Source: an uncultured Alphaproteobacteria bacterium
Lineage (GTDB): Bacteria; Pseudomonadota; Alphaproteobacteria; Rs-D84
DNA: 64,000 nt
Direction: 5' to 3'
Assembly: GCA_905236005.1 (NCBI GenBank)
Contig: CAJONJ010000019.1
Location: 5,999 to 69,998, forward strand
Shown: positions 45,314 to 54,585 of the stretch, piece by piece
Position numbering within the stretch: the first letter of the stretch is position 1
Layout of the letters: each line of letters opens with the position of its first letter
The notes under the pieces: generated by a model
Told to the model about the DNA's origin: nothing
What the model saw: the letters and a program-made list of their open reading frames with translations, nothing else
The model's database searches: none
Made by a program: the position numbers and the translations under genes

Positions 45314-45984
45314 TTATTGGTTAGAATTAAATATTTTGGTTCTGTTGTTTTGGCTTTGTTTTTGATTTGATATCTGGTTTTTATGATATTTAAACTGGTT
45401 GATTTGATTATTAATTTTGTTTGTTTTAATTGTTCACAAATCCAGTCATAGTATTCCCAATGGTCTGTGCCGATTATAATTTGTCCAGTTTGACCCAAAT
45501 GTTTAGATAATAGGTTTAAGAAATCAGCATTTAATAATCTGCGTTTTTCATGTCTTGCCTTTGGCCATGGGTCAGGGTGCAAAACCCAAATTTGTGAAAA
45601 ATGAACGTTTTGAAAATCAGGCGAATTTAGTAATAAACGAACATCGTCTGGGTGAATACGAATATTTTTGTATTCATTAAATACGGTATTATCCGATTCG
45701 TTTGTCATAGCAGAAAGCAACGCAGCAACCCCATTTGCAAAGGGTTCTGCACCAATAACAATAGAATTTGGATTGGTAACCGCTAAATCTCGCAAATGTT
45801 CTCCGTTGCCAAAACCAATTTCCAGAATAGTCTGATTTTTGGTGGTTTCAGAAGCATTTGGTGCAATTTGTGGTAATAAATTTTCCATTAACCATTGTTT
45901 GTGGGTGGATAATCTTTTGCCATGCCTGCGTCCAAAGGTTCTGATGTCTGTTTTTTCAAAATGTTTTAATTCTTGTTTTTCCAT
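45310..45984 (-). CDS. trmB: tRNA (guanine-N7)-methyltransferase
   Basis: 224 aa. ILEIGFGNGEHL SAM motif and HPDPWPKARHEKRRL. Confidence 0.9.
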   Translation of the reverse strand: MEKQELKHFEKTDIRTFGRRHGKRLSTHKQWLMENLLPQIAPNASETTKNQTILEIGFGNGEHLRDLAVTNPNSIVIGAEPFANGVAALLSAMTNESDNTVFNEYKNIRIHPDDVRLLLNSPDFQNVHFSQIWVLHPDPWPKARHEKRRLLNADFLNLLSKHLGQTGQIIIGTDHWEYYDWICEQLKQTKLIIKSTSLNIIKTRYQIKNKAKTTEPKYLILTNN

Positions 45985-46030
45985 ATATTTAGTATAAAAT
46001 CACTTTGTTATAAAAACAAGGTGAAATAAA

Positions 46031-47617
46031 ATGCGTAATGGATTATCAAAAGATTTGATTGCACGTGTGCTGGGTGGTACCCCAAAATACACTTTGGATG
46101 AATTAGAGGCTAAATATCCGCCACGTCAATTGCCGGATGGGGCCATGGTGACACGTTTTGCACCCAGTCCAACTGGATATATGCATTTGGGTAATTTGTT
46201 AAGCTGCACAATTGGTTATAAATTGGCACAACAATCTGGTGGTTTGTTTATGTTGCGTATAGAAGATACTGATACTAAACGTGAAATCAAAGAGGCTGTT
46301 GATATAATTTTAAAGGGTATGGAGGTATTTGGGTTTAAACCAGATGAGGGTGTTGGCTATGGTGGTGAATATGGGCCGTATTATCAATCACAAAGAAAAG
46401 ATATCTATCATTCTGTTGCTGCATATCTGTTGGAAAAGGGATTGGCATATCCATGCTTTTTAACACAAGAAGAAATGGATGATATTCGTGCTAAGCAAAG
46501 TGCAGCCGGTTTTGGAACGGGAATTTATGGTGAATTTGCACGTGACAGAGATATCAGCGAAGAAGATATAATTAAACATCTTGAGAATGGCGAAACCCCA
46601 ACAATTCGTCTATATTCAACGGGTAATCCTGATAATAGAATATATTGTAAAGATTTAATTCAGGGAACTTTGTCTGTCCCAGAAAATAATGAAGATATAG
46701 TGTTGATAAAATCTACAGACAGATTACCAACGTATCATTTTGCACATTTATGTGATGATCATTTTATGCGGACTACACATGTTGTTCGTGATAGATCTTA
46801 TTTTGGAACTTTTGCTTTACATGTTCAGATGTTTCGTATGATGGGCTGGCAATTACCAAATTATATTCATATTGCAACATTGGACAAGATAGACGAAGAA
46901 ACCGGTAATCAAAGAAAAATGTCTAAAAGTAAAGACCCAGAAAATAACCTTGCATTTTTTTTGCAAAAGGGTTGGCCAACAGAATCTGTAGTTGAATATT
47001 TGGGCAATATTTTAGCACCTGGTTATGAAGAGGCAAAATTAAAGGGGCAGGTAAAATCTTTTTGGGATTATGAATTAAAACCGAAAAAAATGCCTGTATC
47101 TGGTTCTTTGTTTGATATGAAAAAATTGGAATGGTGGGCCAAAGAATATATTGCAACGTTACCTGTTGATGTTTTGGTTAAACATGTTGTTGATTGGGCT
47201 AATGAATATGGAAACGAAGATAACAAAAAGCAGGTCGCTGATGTAAAATATTTAACATCTGTGTTGGCGATTGAACGTGATAATCCAAAACGTATTCGTA
47301 AAGATTTTATTACATGGCAACAAACGTTAAATGAAGTGTCTTATTTCTGGGATTTCTTGTTTGTTCCAAATAATGAATATACATATAATCAAGATGTATT
47401 AAAAGGTTTCTTGGAAACTTGGAACGAATCGGATGATAAAGATACTTGGTGGGGCAAAGTTGTTGCGGTTGCTGAAAAGTGTGGTGTTAAACCTGGTGAA
47501 GTGGCAATGAATTTGCGTGTTGCGATGACTGGCAGAACCAATACACCGGATTTATATTCTGTGATGCAGGTGTTGGGTGATAAACGTGTTCAAGAACGTA
47601 TACGTCAGCATTTATAA
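46031..47617 (+). CDS. gltX: Glutamate--tRNA ligase
   Basis: 528 aa. TRFAPSPTGYMHLGNL (HIGH region), LRIEDTD, KMSKS. Confidence 0.9.
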   Translation: MRNGLSKDLIARVLGGTPKYTLDELEAKYPPRQLPDGAMVTRFAPSPTGYMHLGNLLSCTIGYKLAQQSGGLFMLRIEDTDTKREIKEAVDIILKGMEVFGFKPDEGVGYGGEYGPYYQSQRKDIYHSVAAYLLEKGLAYPCFLTQEEMDDIRAKQSAAGFGTGIYGEFARDRDISEEDIIKHLENGETPTIRLYSTGNPDNRIYCKDLIQGTLSVPENNEDIVLIKSTDRLPTYHFAHLCDDHFMRTTHVVRDRSYFGTFALHVQMFRMMGWQLPNYIHIATLDKIDEETGNQRKMSKSKDPENNLAFFLQKGWPTESVVEYLGNILAPGYEEAKLKGQVKSFWDYELKPKKMPVSGSLFDMKKLEWWAKEYIATLPVDVLVKHVVDWANEYGNEDNKKQVADVKYLTSVLAIERDNPKRIRKDFITWQQTLNEVSYFWDFLFVPNNEYTYNQDVLKGFLETWNESDDKDTWWGKVVAVAEKCGVKPGEVAMNLRVAMTGRTNTPDLYSVMQVLGDKRVQERIRQHL

Positions 47618-47649
47618 CGTATACAGCAAAAGGAAAGGAAAAAAATATT

Positions 47650-48414
47650 ATGAAAAAAACAAAGAAAGTTGTTAAGCAACAATTGAAAGAAGTAAAACAT
47701 AATAAACATGCGTCTGGTTTGTTAAAAGTTTTACGTGCTACTGGTTTGTTTCGTTGGGAACGTCCGTCAACAAAATCGGAAGAAGTTTTGAATATTTTAA
47801 CACATGGAATTGGTATTGGTTTGGCAATGGCTGCGTTGTGCTTGTTGGTGGCATTTGCTGTTGTGCATCATAATCCATGGGCTGTTGTAGCATGTTCTTT
47901 GTTTGGGGTAACAATGTTCACTTTGTATTTTGGTTCAACAATGTGTCACGCAACGATTGGTGACAAAAGCGAATGTTTCTTTGAAGTGTGGGACAGTATA
48001 GCCATATATGCGTTGATTGCTGGGACGTATACACCATTTTTACTGGTTAATTTGAATTTAGGTGGATATCCAGGTTTGGGTTGGACTATGTTTGGTATTT
48101 TGTGGGCTGTTGTTATTTTTGGTGCAATCATGAAAATCAGAAATCCACGTCGTCAACCAAAATGGATGGTTGCGTTATATTTAGTAATGGGATGGGCATT
48201 GCTTTGGATTTTACCAGCCATGATTGATACTATATCAGCACGTGGAATGTGGTTCGTCTTAGCAGGTGGATTGTCTTATTCTGTTGGTGTAATATTTTAT
48301 TTATGGAGAAAATTAAAATTTGCACATGTGCTGTGGCATTTGTTTGTTATTGGTGGCAGTGTGTGTTTCTTTTTTGCGGTGCTGTTTGGTTCAATTATAG
48401 ATTTTGTGAAATGA
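47650..48414 (+). CDS. Hemolysin III / PAQR family membrane protein
   Basis: 254 aa with 7 TM segments. Conserved His residues in LNILTHGIG, STMCHA and AHVLWHLFV contexts. Confidence 0.85.
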   Translation: MKKTKKVVKQQLKEVKHNKHASGLLKVLRATGLFRWERPSTKSEEVLNILTHGIGIGLAMAALCLLVAFAVVHHNPWAVVACSLFGVTMFTLYFGSTMCHATIGDKSECFFEVWDSIAIYALIAGTYTPFLLVNLNLGGYPGLGWTMFGILWAVVIFGAIMKIRNPRRQPKWMVALYLVMGWALLWILPAMIDTISARGMWFVLAGGLSYSVGVIFYLWRKLKFAHVLWHLFVIGGSVCFFFAVLFGSIIDFVK

Positions 48415-48415
48415 T

Positions 48416-48446
48416 AAAAATCCGTCTATACTACGGATTTTTTGGT
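48416..48446. terminator. Bidirectional intrinsic terminator (hlyIII-family / der convergent pair)
   Basis: AATCCGT (48419-48425) pairs with ACGGATT (48433-48439) across a 7-nt loop, flanked by AAAAA and TTTTT. Confidence 0.65.
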
Positions 48447-48457
48447 ATATATCAATT

Positions 48458-49780
48458 TTAATCAAATGGGTTTTCAGATTTATTGTATTCAATTACGATT
48501 GGTAAATGTTCCCAATGTAATGCGTTTGCAATTCCACGACGTAAATATCTGGTATAAGATTCTGGTATATCCGATGCACCGCCAACATTAATTGAAATCT
48601 TGATTGGGTGATGTCCAGTTTGATGTGCGAATTTAATTTTCATTGGACGTTTTAGACGTGACATAGGTGGTTGTCTGTCTGTAACTAATTTTTCAATGAC
48701 ACGATTTAATAAACTGGTTGGTGTATCAGCATTGCTAATGTCCCATTGTTCATATAATCGTTTGAACAGATTTTGAATACCAGTGCCTGTTTGGGCAGAT
48801 ATAGCCAAAATCAAAGGTTTTATGATTTGATGAAATGAATTTGTAAACTGATGTTTTAATTTTAATAATTTTTCATCACGTTCAATTGGGTCAACTAAAT
48901 CCCATTTGTTTAATGCAACACATAATATCTTGCCTGCATCAGCAACACGTGCTGCAATAGATAATGCCTGATTTTCAATGTTTTTTGTTGCATCAACTAT
49001 TAAAATAATAATGTTTGCTTTGTCAATTGCATCCAAAGATTTCAGTGCAGACAATGTTTCTACATCATCTTTGACCCCGGATTTGCGACGTAAACCAGCT
49101 GTGTCCATCAATACAATATCACGTCCATAAAAACGGGTTGGTATTTTAACTGTGTCACGTGTAATTCCTGGTTCGTCTTTGACGATTTGACGATTTTCAC
49201 CCAATACATGATTTACAAAAGTAGATTTTCCAACATTAGGTTGCCCCAACACAGCAATTTTTATTTGTGTATCAGGTTCGTTTGTTGTTGTTTCGTTGCC
49301 TGTCATTTTATCTATGAATTCATATATGTTATCAAAACCACGTTTGTGTTCAGCGGAAATTAAAACAGGTTCCCCAAATCCCAATTTATAAAATTCATGT
49401 AAATCGGCCAATCTTTTGTTAGATTCAGATTTGTTTATCAACAACAAAGCAGGGGCCTTGCTTTTTTTATGAACTAATTTTGCCCATTCTAAATCCATAG
49501 GGGTTAAACCAATTTTTCCATCAACAACGAATAAAACAGCATCTGCATTTTCAATAGCACGAATCGCCATGTTTGTAGAAGCGTGACCAATGCCGGATTT
49601 TGTGTTTTCTAGGCCTGCTGTATCAAATACAACCCATGGCCGATTCGGTATATTGCCAGAAACCGTATCACGTGTAACACCGGGTCTGTCATGAACCAAT
49701 GCATCACGTGTATTTGTTAATCCGTTAAAAAGTGTTGATTTTCCAGTGTTAGGACGACCAACGATAACTAAGTTTTTCAT
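48458..49780 (-). CDS. der: Ribosome biogenesis GTPase Der (EngA)
   Basis: 440 aa. Tandem G domains (GRPNTGKST / GQPNVGKST; DTAG twice) plus a KH-like C-terminus. Confidence 0.95.
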   Translation of the reverse strand: MKNLVIVGRPNTGKSTLFNGLTNTRDALVHDRPGVTRDTVSGNIPNRPWVVFDTAGLENTKSGIGHASTNMAIRAIENADAVLFVVDGKIGLTPMDLEWAKLVHKKSKAPALLLINKSESNKRLADLHEFYKLGFGEPVLISAEHKRGFDNIYEFIDKMTGNETTTNEPDTQIKIAVLGQPNVGKSTFVNHVLGENRQIVKDEPGITRDTVKIPTRFYGRDIVLMDTAGLRRKSGVKDDVETLSALKSLDAIDKANIIILIVDATKNIENQALSIAARVADAGKILCVALNKWDLVDPIERDEKLLKLKHQFTNSFHQIIKPLILAISAQTGTGIQNLFKRLYEQWDISNADTPTSLLNRVIEKLVTDRQPPMSRLKRPMKIKFAHQTGHHPIKISINVGGASDIPESYTRYLRRGIANALHWEHLPIVIEYNKSENPFD

Positions 49781-49849
49781 GTTTTTTCCATTGATTTTTT
49801 ATAATTATAAAGCAAAAATATAAATAATCAAACCAAAGGGGGTGTTTGC

Positions 49850-50446
49850 ATGAAATCAAAGAAAAGAAATTGGTTCAAACGTTTAACTGATATATTTTTC
49901 AGACCAAAATATTTTTTCAGCAAAATAGTGGCAGATGGCAAAATGGAAGATGCTATGTTGCGTGCATTTTTATGGGGTTTGATAGGGGGAATTTTAGTTT
50001 TAATAATGCAGTTAGTTCGTGGTAATCCATTTACATTTTTAGCTTTGTTCAAAGCAATCATAGTTTGTCCAGTGTTAGCGGTTGTGTTGTTATTTGTGTT
50101 TGCGGGGTTAATGATGCTGGTTTCAGAAATAACAATGGGTGACAGAGATTGGGAAATAGCTGTCAAAGGATTAGCATCTATATTCTTTGTGTATCCGTTA
50201 ACTTTGATTTTGAATGCATTGGCATTTAATTGTACATCTATTTGGGTTATAAGCATAGCAACAGATTTGTATATATTATTCTTGTTATACAATATTGCGG
50301 TGTATTGTTTGCATTGTAAAAAAGTCAGTGTTATGTTTGTGTTTGTTGTTGGGACTGTGTTGCTAGCAACAATTTATATGTCCGATTACAGAACGTTGTG
50401 GTTTTTGGCTAAGAATATGCCAGCAGCATTAAGTTGTTTGTTTTAA
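49850..50446 (+). CDS. Polytopic membrane protein (Yip1-like)
   Basis: 198 aa. Cytoplasmic N-terminus followed by about 5 TM segments. AAAGGGGG RBS. The family call is weak. Confidence 0.5.
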   Translation: MKSKKRNWFKRLTDIFFRPKYFFSKIVADGKMEDAMLRAFLWGLIGGILVLIMQLVRGNPFTFLALFKAIIVCPVLAVVLLFVFAGLMMLVSEITMGDRDWEIAVKGLASIFFVYPLTLILNALAFNCTSIWVISIATDLYILFLLYNIAVYCLHCKKVSVMFVFVVGTVLLATIYMSDYRTLWFLAKNMPAALSCLF

Positions 50447-50463
50447 TACGCTATAAAATAATA

Positions 50464-50491
50464 AAACCGTCGTATAGACGGTCTTTTGTTT
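50464..50491. terminator. Bidirectional intrinsic terminator
   Basis: AAAACCGTC-GTATA-GACGGTCTTTTGTTTTT. Confidence 0.7.
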
Positions 50492-51529
50492 TTAAAAACC
50501 AATTTTTAATCCGACTGCAAAAAATGGTGTATCAGATGTTATTCCACCAGACATAAACAGATGTGCAATTTCACTGTATTTATATCTGAATGATGCCAGC
50601 CATGTGTGTACATAATCGTTATGTTCATGTGTTAAAATATCTTTTTCGTGTTTCCAAACAGTTGTGTCTGAATATAAATAATTCAAAGAAACGGTGTATT
50701 GTAATAAATCATAACTACATCCAGCCCCAGCAATTAAACCGTCAGATGCAACGTATACAGGGTTTTTGTCGTAAATCAAACGTGCAGATGTTCCAATAAT
50801 CCAACTGTTGTATTGCAAGTTTATTCCAAGTGCTATTTGGCTACGCCAATCAGCGGTTACATTTGGTGTGAAAGAATGTTCAGAATAATTTTCTGGTTTA
50901 TTCATGTATGATACACCTAATGAATATGCTGTCTTTATTTTTCCAGAAGGTTGTTTGATTTTGATTGCCATATCAACAGCGTAATTATAATCATCAGTTA
51001 AACCAGAAACGGATATACCATATTGTCCATAATCGGTGGCTGTCGTGGCCAGATTCAAATGCAAAGCTTTATGACCAGTGGTAGCAGTGGTGTCTGATAT
51101 TAAAACCTTTTTTAAATCTAATTTTTTGTGTAATATAGAATTATCGTTTATACGCAAATATCCAACGTCTGGCAACCCCAATCCCATTTTGCGTGCGATT
51201 GAATGTGTTAAACCGAATTCTGCTCGACCAGCATTTCTGTCTTCTAATAAAATAAAGGCATGATGAACATATTCTTTGTCTTCAACCGAATCGGCATCTA
51301 TGGAATAAATTGCACCGAATCGTTGTGTGTTATTAAAACGATAAAATATTTGACCCTTAATTTCCCAGTCATTGATAAAATCCGATTCGTCTGTTTTTTG
51401 CTGTAGAAAACCAGCCATGCCATCCGCATTTAATTTAAAAATCCAAGTGTCTGTTTTATAATCAACAGCATATGCGTTACAAGTAAACAACATTGTTGCG
51501 ATTAATAAAGATATTTTTTTTGTATTCAT
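50492..51529 (-). CDS. Porin-like outer-membrane beta-barrel protein
   Basis: 345 aa. Signal peptide ...FTCNAYA/VDY, alternating beta pattern, C-terminal ...VGLKIGF. The ATG overlaps the rpoH stop (ATGA). Confidence 0.6.
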   Translation of the reverse strand: MNTKKISLLIATMLFTCNAYAVDYKTDTWIFKLNADGMAGFLQQKTDESDFINDWEIKGQIFYRFNNTQRFGAIYSIDADSVEDKEYVHHAFILLEDRNAGRAEFGLTHSIARKMGLGLPDVGYLRINDNSILHKKLDLKKVLISDTTATTGHKALHLNLATTATDYGQYGISVSGLTDDYNYAVDMAIKIKQPSGKIKTAYSLGVSYMNKPENYSEHSFTPNVTADWRSQIALGINLQYNSWIIGTSARLIYDKNPVYVASDGLIAGAGCSYDLLQYTVSLNYLYSDTTVWKHEKDILTHEHNDYVHTWLASFRYKYSEIAHLFMSGGITSDTPFFAVGLKIGF

Positions 51530-52467
51530 TTGCGTTTTTTAGTTTGAATTAATTTAGGAGTACCATTTGATTCATCAAGAATCGCTTGACGCAGTTTATC
51601 AAAAGCACGTTCTTCTATTTGTCGGACACGTTCACGTGAAATCCCATATTTTTGGGATAGGGTTTCCAATGTTGCGACTGGGTCAGATAATCTGCGTGCT
51701 TTTAAAATCTCTCTATCTCGTTCAGGCAGGGCAGATAAATGTTTTCGTAATAATTCATATCCACGACGTTTGAATTCCAGCTGTTCCAAATTGTCTGCTA
51801 TACCTATGCGTGTGTCTGCCATATTGGATAAAATATCTTTGGAATCAGAATCAGTATTCAAAGGTGCGTTCAAAGAAACATCACGTGCAGATATACGTGT
51901 AGAAACGTTCTGTACGTCAGATTCTGGGACGGATAGATATTCTGCAATTTGTTTAGTTTGTTCATCAGATAATGAATTATCCATTATACTCAATGCACGT
52001 TTTGCACGTGATAAATTGAAAAATACACGTTTTTGATTTGCGGATGTTCCCAATTTTACAATAGACCAATTGTTTAAGATGGTTTCATATATTTCCGCTT
52101 TAATCCAAAACATAGCATATGTAGAAAATCTAAATCCACGTTCTGGGTCAAATTTTTGTAATGCCTGCATCAATCCCATATTGCCACTGGCAATTAAATC
52201 AGATACAGGTAATCCATAATTTTTAAAATCATATGCCACAGATACAACTAAACGCAAATGTGAAGCAACCAATTTTTCAGCAGCAACATTATCGTGTTCT
52301 TTGACCCATTTTGTAGCATATTCATATTCTTGTTCAGCCGACAATATAGGGAATTTTTGAATTTCTGATATATATTTTGTTAAACTGATATCATCACCAG
52401 CCCCATATGACGGTATCATGGCGGTAGATGATTTTGCCGGTAAAGTTGTCTTGATTTGCTTTTTCAT
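51526..52467 (-). CDS. rpoH: RNA polymerase sigma-32 factor RpoH
   Basis: Regions 2-4 including the RpoB-box-like QALQKFDPERGFRFSTYAMFWIKAEI. Start re-called to the ATG at 52467 because the track start at 52518 lies upstream of the predicted promoter. Confidence 0.88.
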   Translation of the reverse strand: MKKQIKTTLPAKSSTAMIPSYGAGDDISLTKYISEIQKFPILSAEQEYEYATKWVKEHDNVAAEKLVASHLRLVVSVAYDFKNYGLPVSDLIASGNMGLMQALQKFDPERGFRFSTYAMFWIKAEIYETILNNWSIVKLGTSANQKRVFFNLSRAKRALSIMDNSLSDEQTKQIAEYLSVPESDVQNVSTRISARDVSLNAPLNTDSDSKDILSNMADTRIGIADNLEQLEFKRRGYELLRKHLSALPERDREILKARRLSDPVATLETLSQKYGISRERVRQIEERAFDKLRQAILDESNGTPKLIQTKKRK

Positions 52468-52476
52468 AACTTTTAT

Positions 52477-52505
52477 AGTATAACCAATAAAATAGAATTT
52501 TTCAA
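52477..52505 (-). promoter_or_regulatory. Sigma70-type promoter for rpoH (near-leaderless)
   Basis: Minus strand: TTGAAA (52505-52500), 17-nt spacer, TATACT (52482-52477). Only 9 nt lie between the -10 and the ATG at 52467. Confidence 0.45.
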
Positions 52506-52520
52506 GAATGGAGAACATTT

Positions 52521-53174
52521 ATGACAAATATGCTGGAAAGAAATAAAAGTAAAACTATAAAACAAACCAAAACACGTGAAGAATACGCAGAAGATGCTTT
52601 GTATCGTGAAGTTTGGGAAGATGTAAATAATGAAAAAACTCAACAATTTTTAAAGAAATATTGGCGTCATATCGTTGGATGTGTTTTGGCAATTATGATT
52701 GTGGTTTGTGGTATTCAAATTGGAACACGCATGCATTATGCAGCTAAAATGGCTGTTGCACAACAACACGAGACAGCATTGGCTGGTATGGACGCAAATG
52801 CTTTGGCTAATTTATCTAAAAATTCAAAGGGTGCAACATCAGATTTGGCTTTGTTTCAATCATATTTAATAGATAAAGATGTAAAAAAACTGGAATATTT
52901 AGCACAAAATGCACATACTCGTGATTTTAAAGACTTAGCAAAATTGCATTTGGTGTCAATAAATGGCGATAAAATGACTGCTGTGGAATTAGAAAAATAT
53001 TTATCAGATATGAATACAAAAAAATCGCCGTTTTTTTACACAGCACGTTTAATGGTTGCTGAAAAATATCTGTCTGAAAACAACAAAGACAAAGCAATGC
53101 CAATTTTAGACATGATTGTAAATGATAAAGATGCACCAGCTTCTGTGTCTGCAACTGCACAAATGTTAAGATAG
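52521..53174 (+). CDS. YfgM-like membrane-anchored TPR-like protein
   Basis: 217 aa. Cytoplasmic N-terminus, one TM segment, then a helical repeat domain. Located immediately upstream of a BamB-like gene, as in the E. coli yfgM-bamB-der arrangement. Confidence 0.5.
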   Translation: MTNMLERNKSKTIKQTKTREEYAEDALYREVWEDVNNEKTQQFLKKYWRHIVGCVLAIMIVVCGIQIGTRMHYAAKMAVAQQHETALAGMDANALANLSKNSKGATSDLALFQSYLIDKDVKKLEYLAQNAHTRDFKDLAKLHLVSINGDKMTAVELEKYLSDMNTKKSPFFYTARLMVAEKYLSENNKDKAMPILDMIVNDKDAPASVSATAQMLR

Positions 53175-53183
53175 GATAGGGTA

Positions 53184-53915
53184 GTGAAAAAATCATTTGC
53201 TTTTTTGTTGTGTGTGTTGGTCATGATTGGTTGTTCCAAACGTGATCCAATATTGCCTGGGGAAAGGTATAATATTTTTGGTGATGCAGAAATAAAAACT
53301 GTTGATAAAGCTGTTCCACAGTTATCAGAATCTGCAAAGAATATTTACGGAAACGAATCATGTGATTTTACTCAGGATAAAACAAATACTATTTGGTCTG
53401 GCGATAAAAAAGTATTCAAAGGTTTCGCTACGGGCGATTCAGTAAAAAGTAATCAAAAGCCTGTATGTGTAGATAATTTTATTTATACAGGTTTTTCAAA
53501 TGGTGAAATTGTTAAAATAAATACAAATAATAATCGTGTGGTGTGGACCGCTGATGTGTATAAAGAAAATACTTTGACAGGTGGTTTTGCCATAGTTGAT
53601 ATTGTTGCACGTGTAGGGGTTGATAAAAATTTTGTTTATGCTGGCGGTCTGGGTGATGCGTTTTGTAAGTTTAAAAATGTAAATGGTGACAAAGTTTGGT
53701 GTGTAAATATATCAGTGCCAGTTGATTTTATTTTGATAGATGATTTTGCTTTTGTTGTGGGAACAGATAATTATTTATATGCCATAGATGTACGTGATGG
53801 TGCTGTGTATTGGAAAATAAAAATCAAAAAACAAGTTGCACCAAATTATGATGGTAAATATATAATTGTTGGTCGTGAAAAGATAGATTATATAAATGGT
53901 CAAATTGCTAAATAA
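53184..53915 (+). CDS. BamB-like PQQ-type beta-propeller lipoprotein (short form)
   Basis: 243 aa with a GTG start. Lipobox LVMIGC. PQQ-like repeats (NFVYAGGLGDAFCKF.NVNGDKVW, NYLYAIDVRDGAVYW). Confidence 0.6.
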   Translation: MKKSFAFLLCVLVMIGCSKRDPILPGERYNIFGDAEIKTVDKAVPQLSESAKNIYGNESCDFTQDKTNTIWSGDKKVFKGFATGDSVKSNQKPVCVDNFIYTGFSNGEIVKINTNNNRVVWTADVYKENTLTGGFAIVDIVARVGVDKNFVYAGGLGDAFCKFKNVNGDKVWCVNISVPVDFILIDDFAFVVGTDNYLYAIDVRDGAVYWKIKIKKQVAPNYDGKYIIVGREKIDYINGQIAK

Positions 53916-53920
53916 CAATA

Positions 53921-53944
53921 AAACCGCCGTAAAGGCGGTTTTTA
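53921..53944. terminator. Bidirectional intrinsic terminator
   Basis: AAACCGCC-GTAAA-GGCGGTTTTT. Confidence 0.75.
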
Positions 53945-53960
53945 TATTGTTTGTTTTTGT

Positions 53961-54566
53961 TTACCATGTTGGTGCATGGTCGCCTTCTTTGATGATTGGT
54001 TTTTCATCTTCCCAAACAGACAATCCTGTTTTTAAATCTGTCAGTGTTAATTGTAAATAATATTCTACACGTGTATCAGTAGAAGAAAACCAGCCAGATT
54101 GCAATTTAAGATTTCTTTGTAACATTTTACCAGACAAAGACATGTTTGGTGCAATCAGTGTTCCTTTGCTAGCAATTGTTGTGGCATCATATTCGTCATT
54201 ATTACGAATGTTGCGGACAACATTAGATGTTGTATCTTCGCCAGAGAAATTTGTTGCAATTTTAGCAACACCAGATTTCACCAATGTGGTGCGGATTTTT
54301 TTTGTTAAAATATCTGTGTCAAAACGTTGTGCTGTATCGTTTACAATATTGCCAATAGCAATAACTGGATTTTTATGTGCAGCAAAAGCTTTGCTTTCCA
54401 GCATTGATTTTGTCATGGTTTCTGCCGTAGACGTCCAATCACGATATTCTAGTTCCATAACATTTTGCATTGTTGAAACTTCACGTTCATTTTGTAAATC
54501 TACGACACGTGTTTCACCACATGCACACAAAGCAAGACATAAACTGCATGTTATAATTTTTTTCAT
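53961..54566 (-). CDS. LpoB-like (YcfM/COG3417-type) lipoprotein
   Basis: 201 aa. Lipobox LALCAC. YRDWTSTAETMTKSMLES...VIAIGNIVNDT...IRTTLVKSG parallels E. coli LpoB HYDWNGAMQPMVSKML...LLVDSVNNRT...LRNALANNG. AAAGGAG RBS. Confidence 0.65.
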   Translation of the reverse strand: MKKIITCSLCLALCACGETRVVDLQNEREVSTMQNVMELEYRDWTSTAETMTKSMLESKAFAAHKNPVIAIGNIVNDTAQRFDTDILTKKIRTTLVKSGVAKIATNFSGEDTTSNVVRNIRNNDEYDATTIASKGTLIAPNMSLSGKMLQRNLKLQSGWFSSTDTRVEYYLQLTLTDLKTGLSVWEDEKPIIKEGDHAPTW

Positions 54567-54585
54567 ATTTTTGTTCTCCTTTGGT

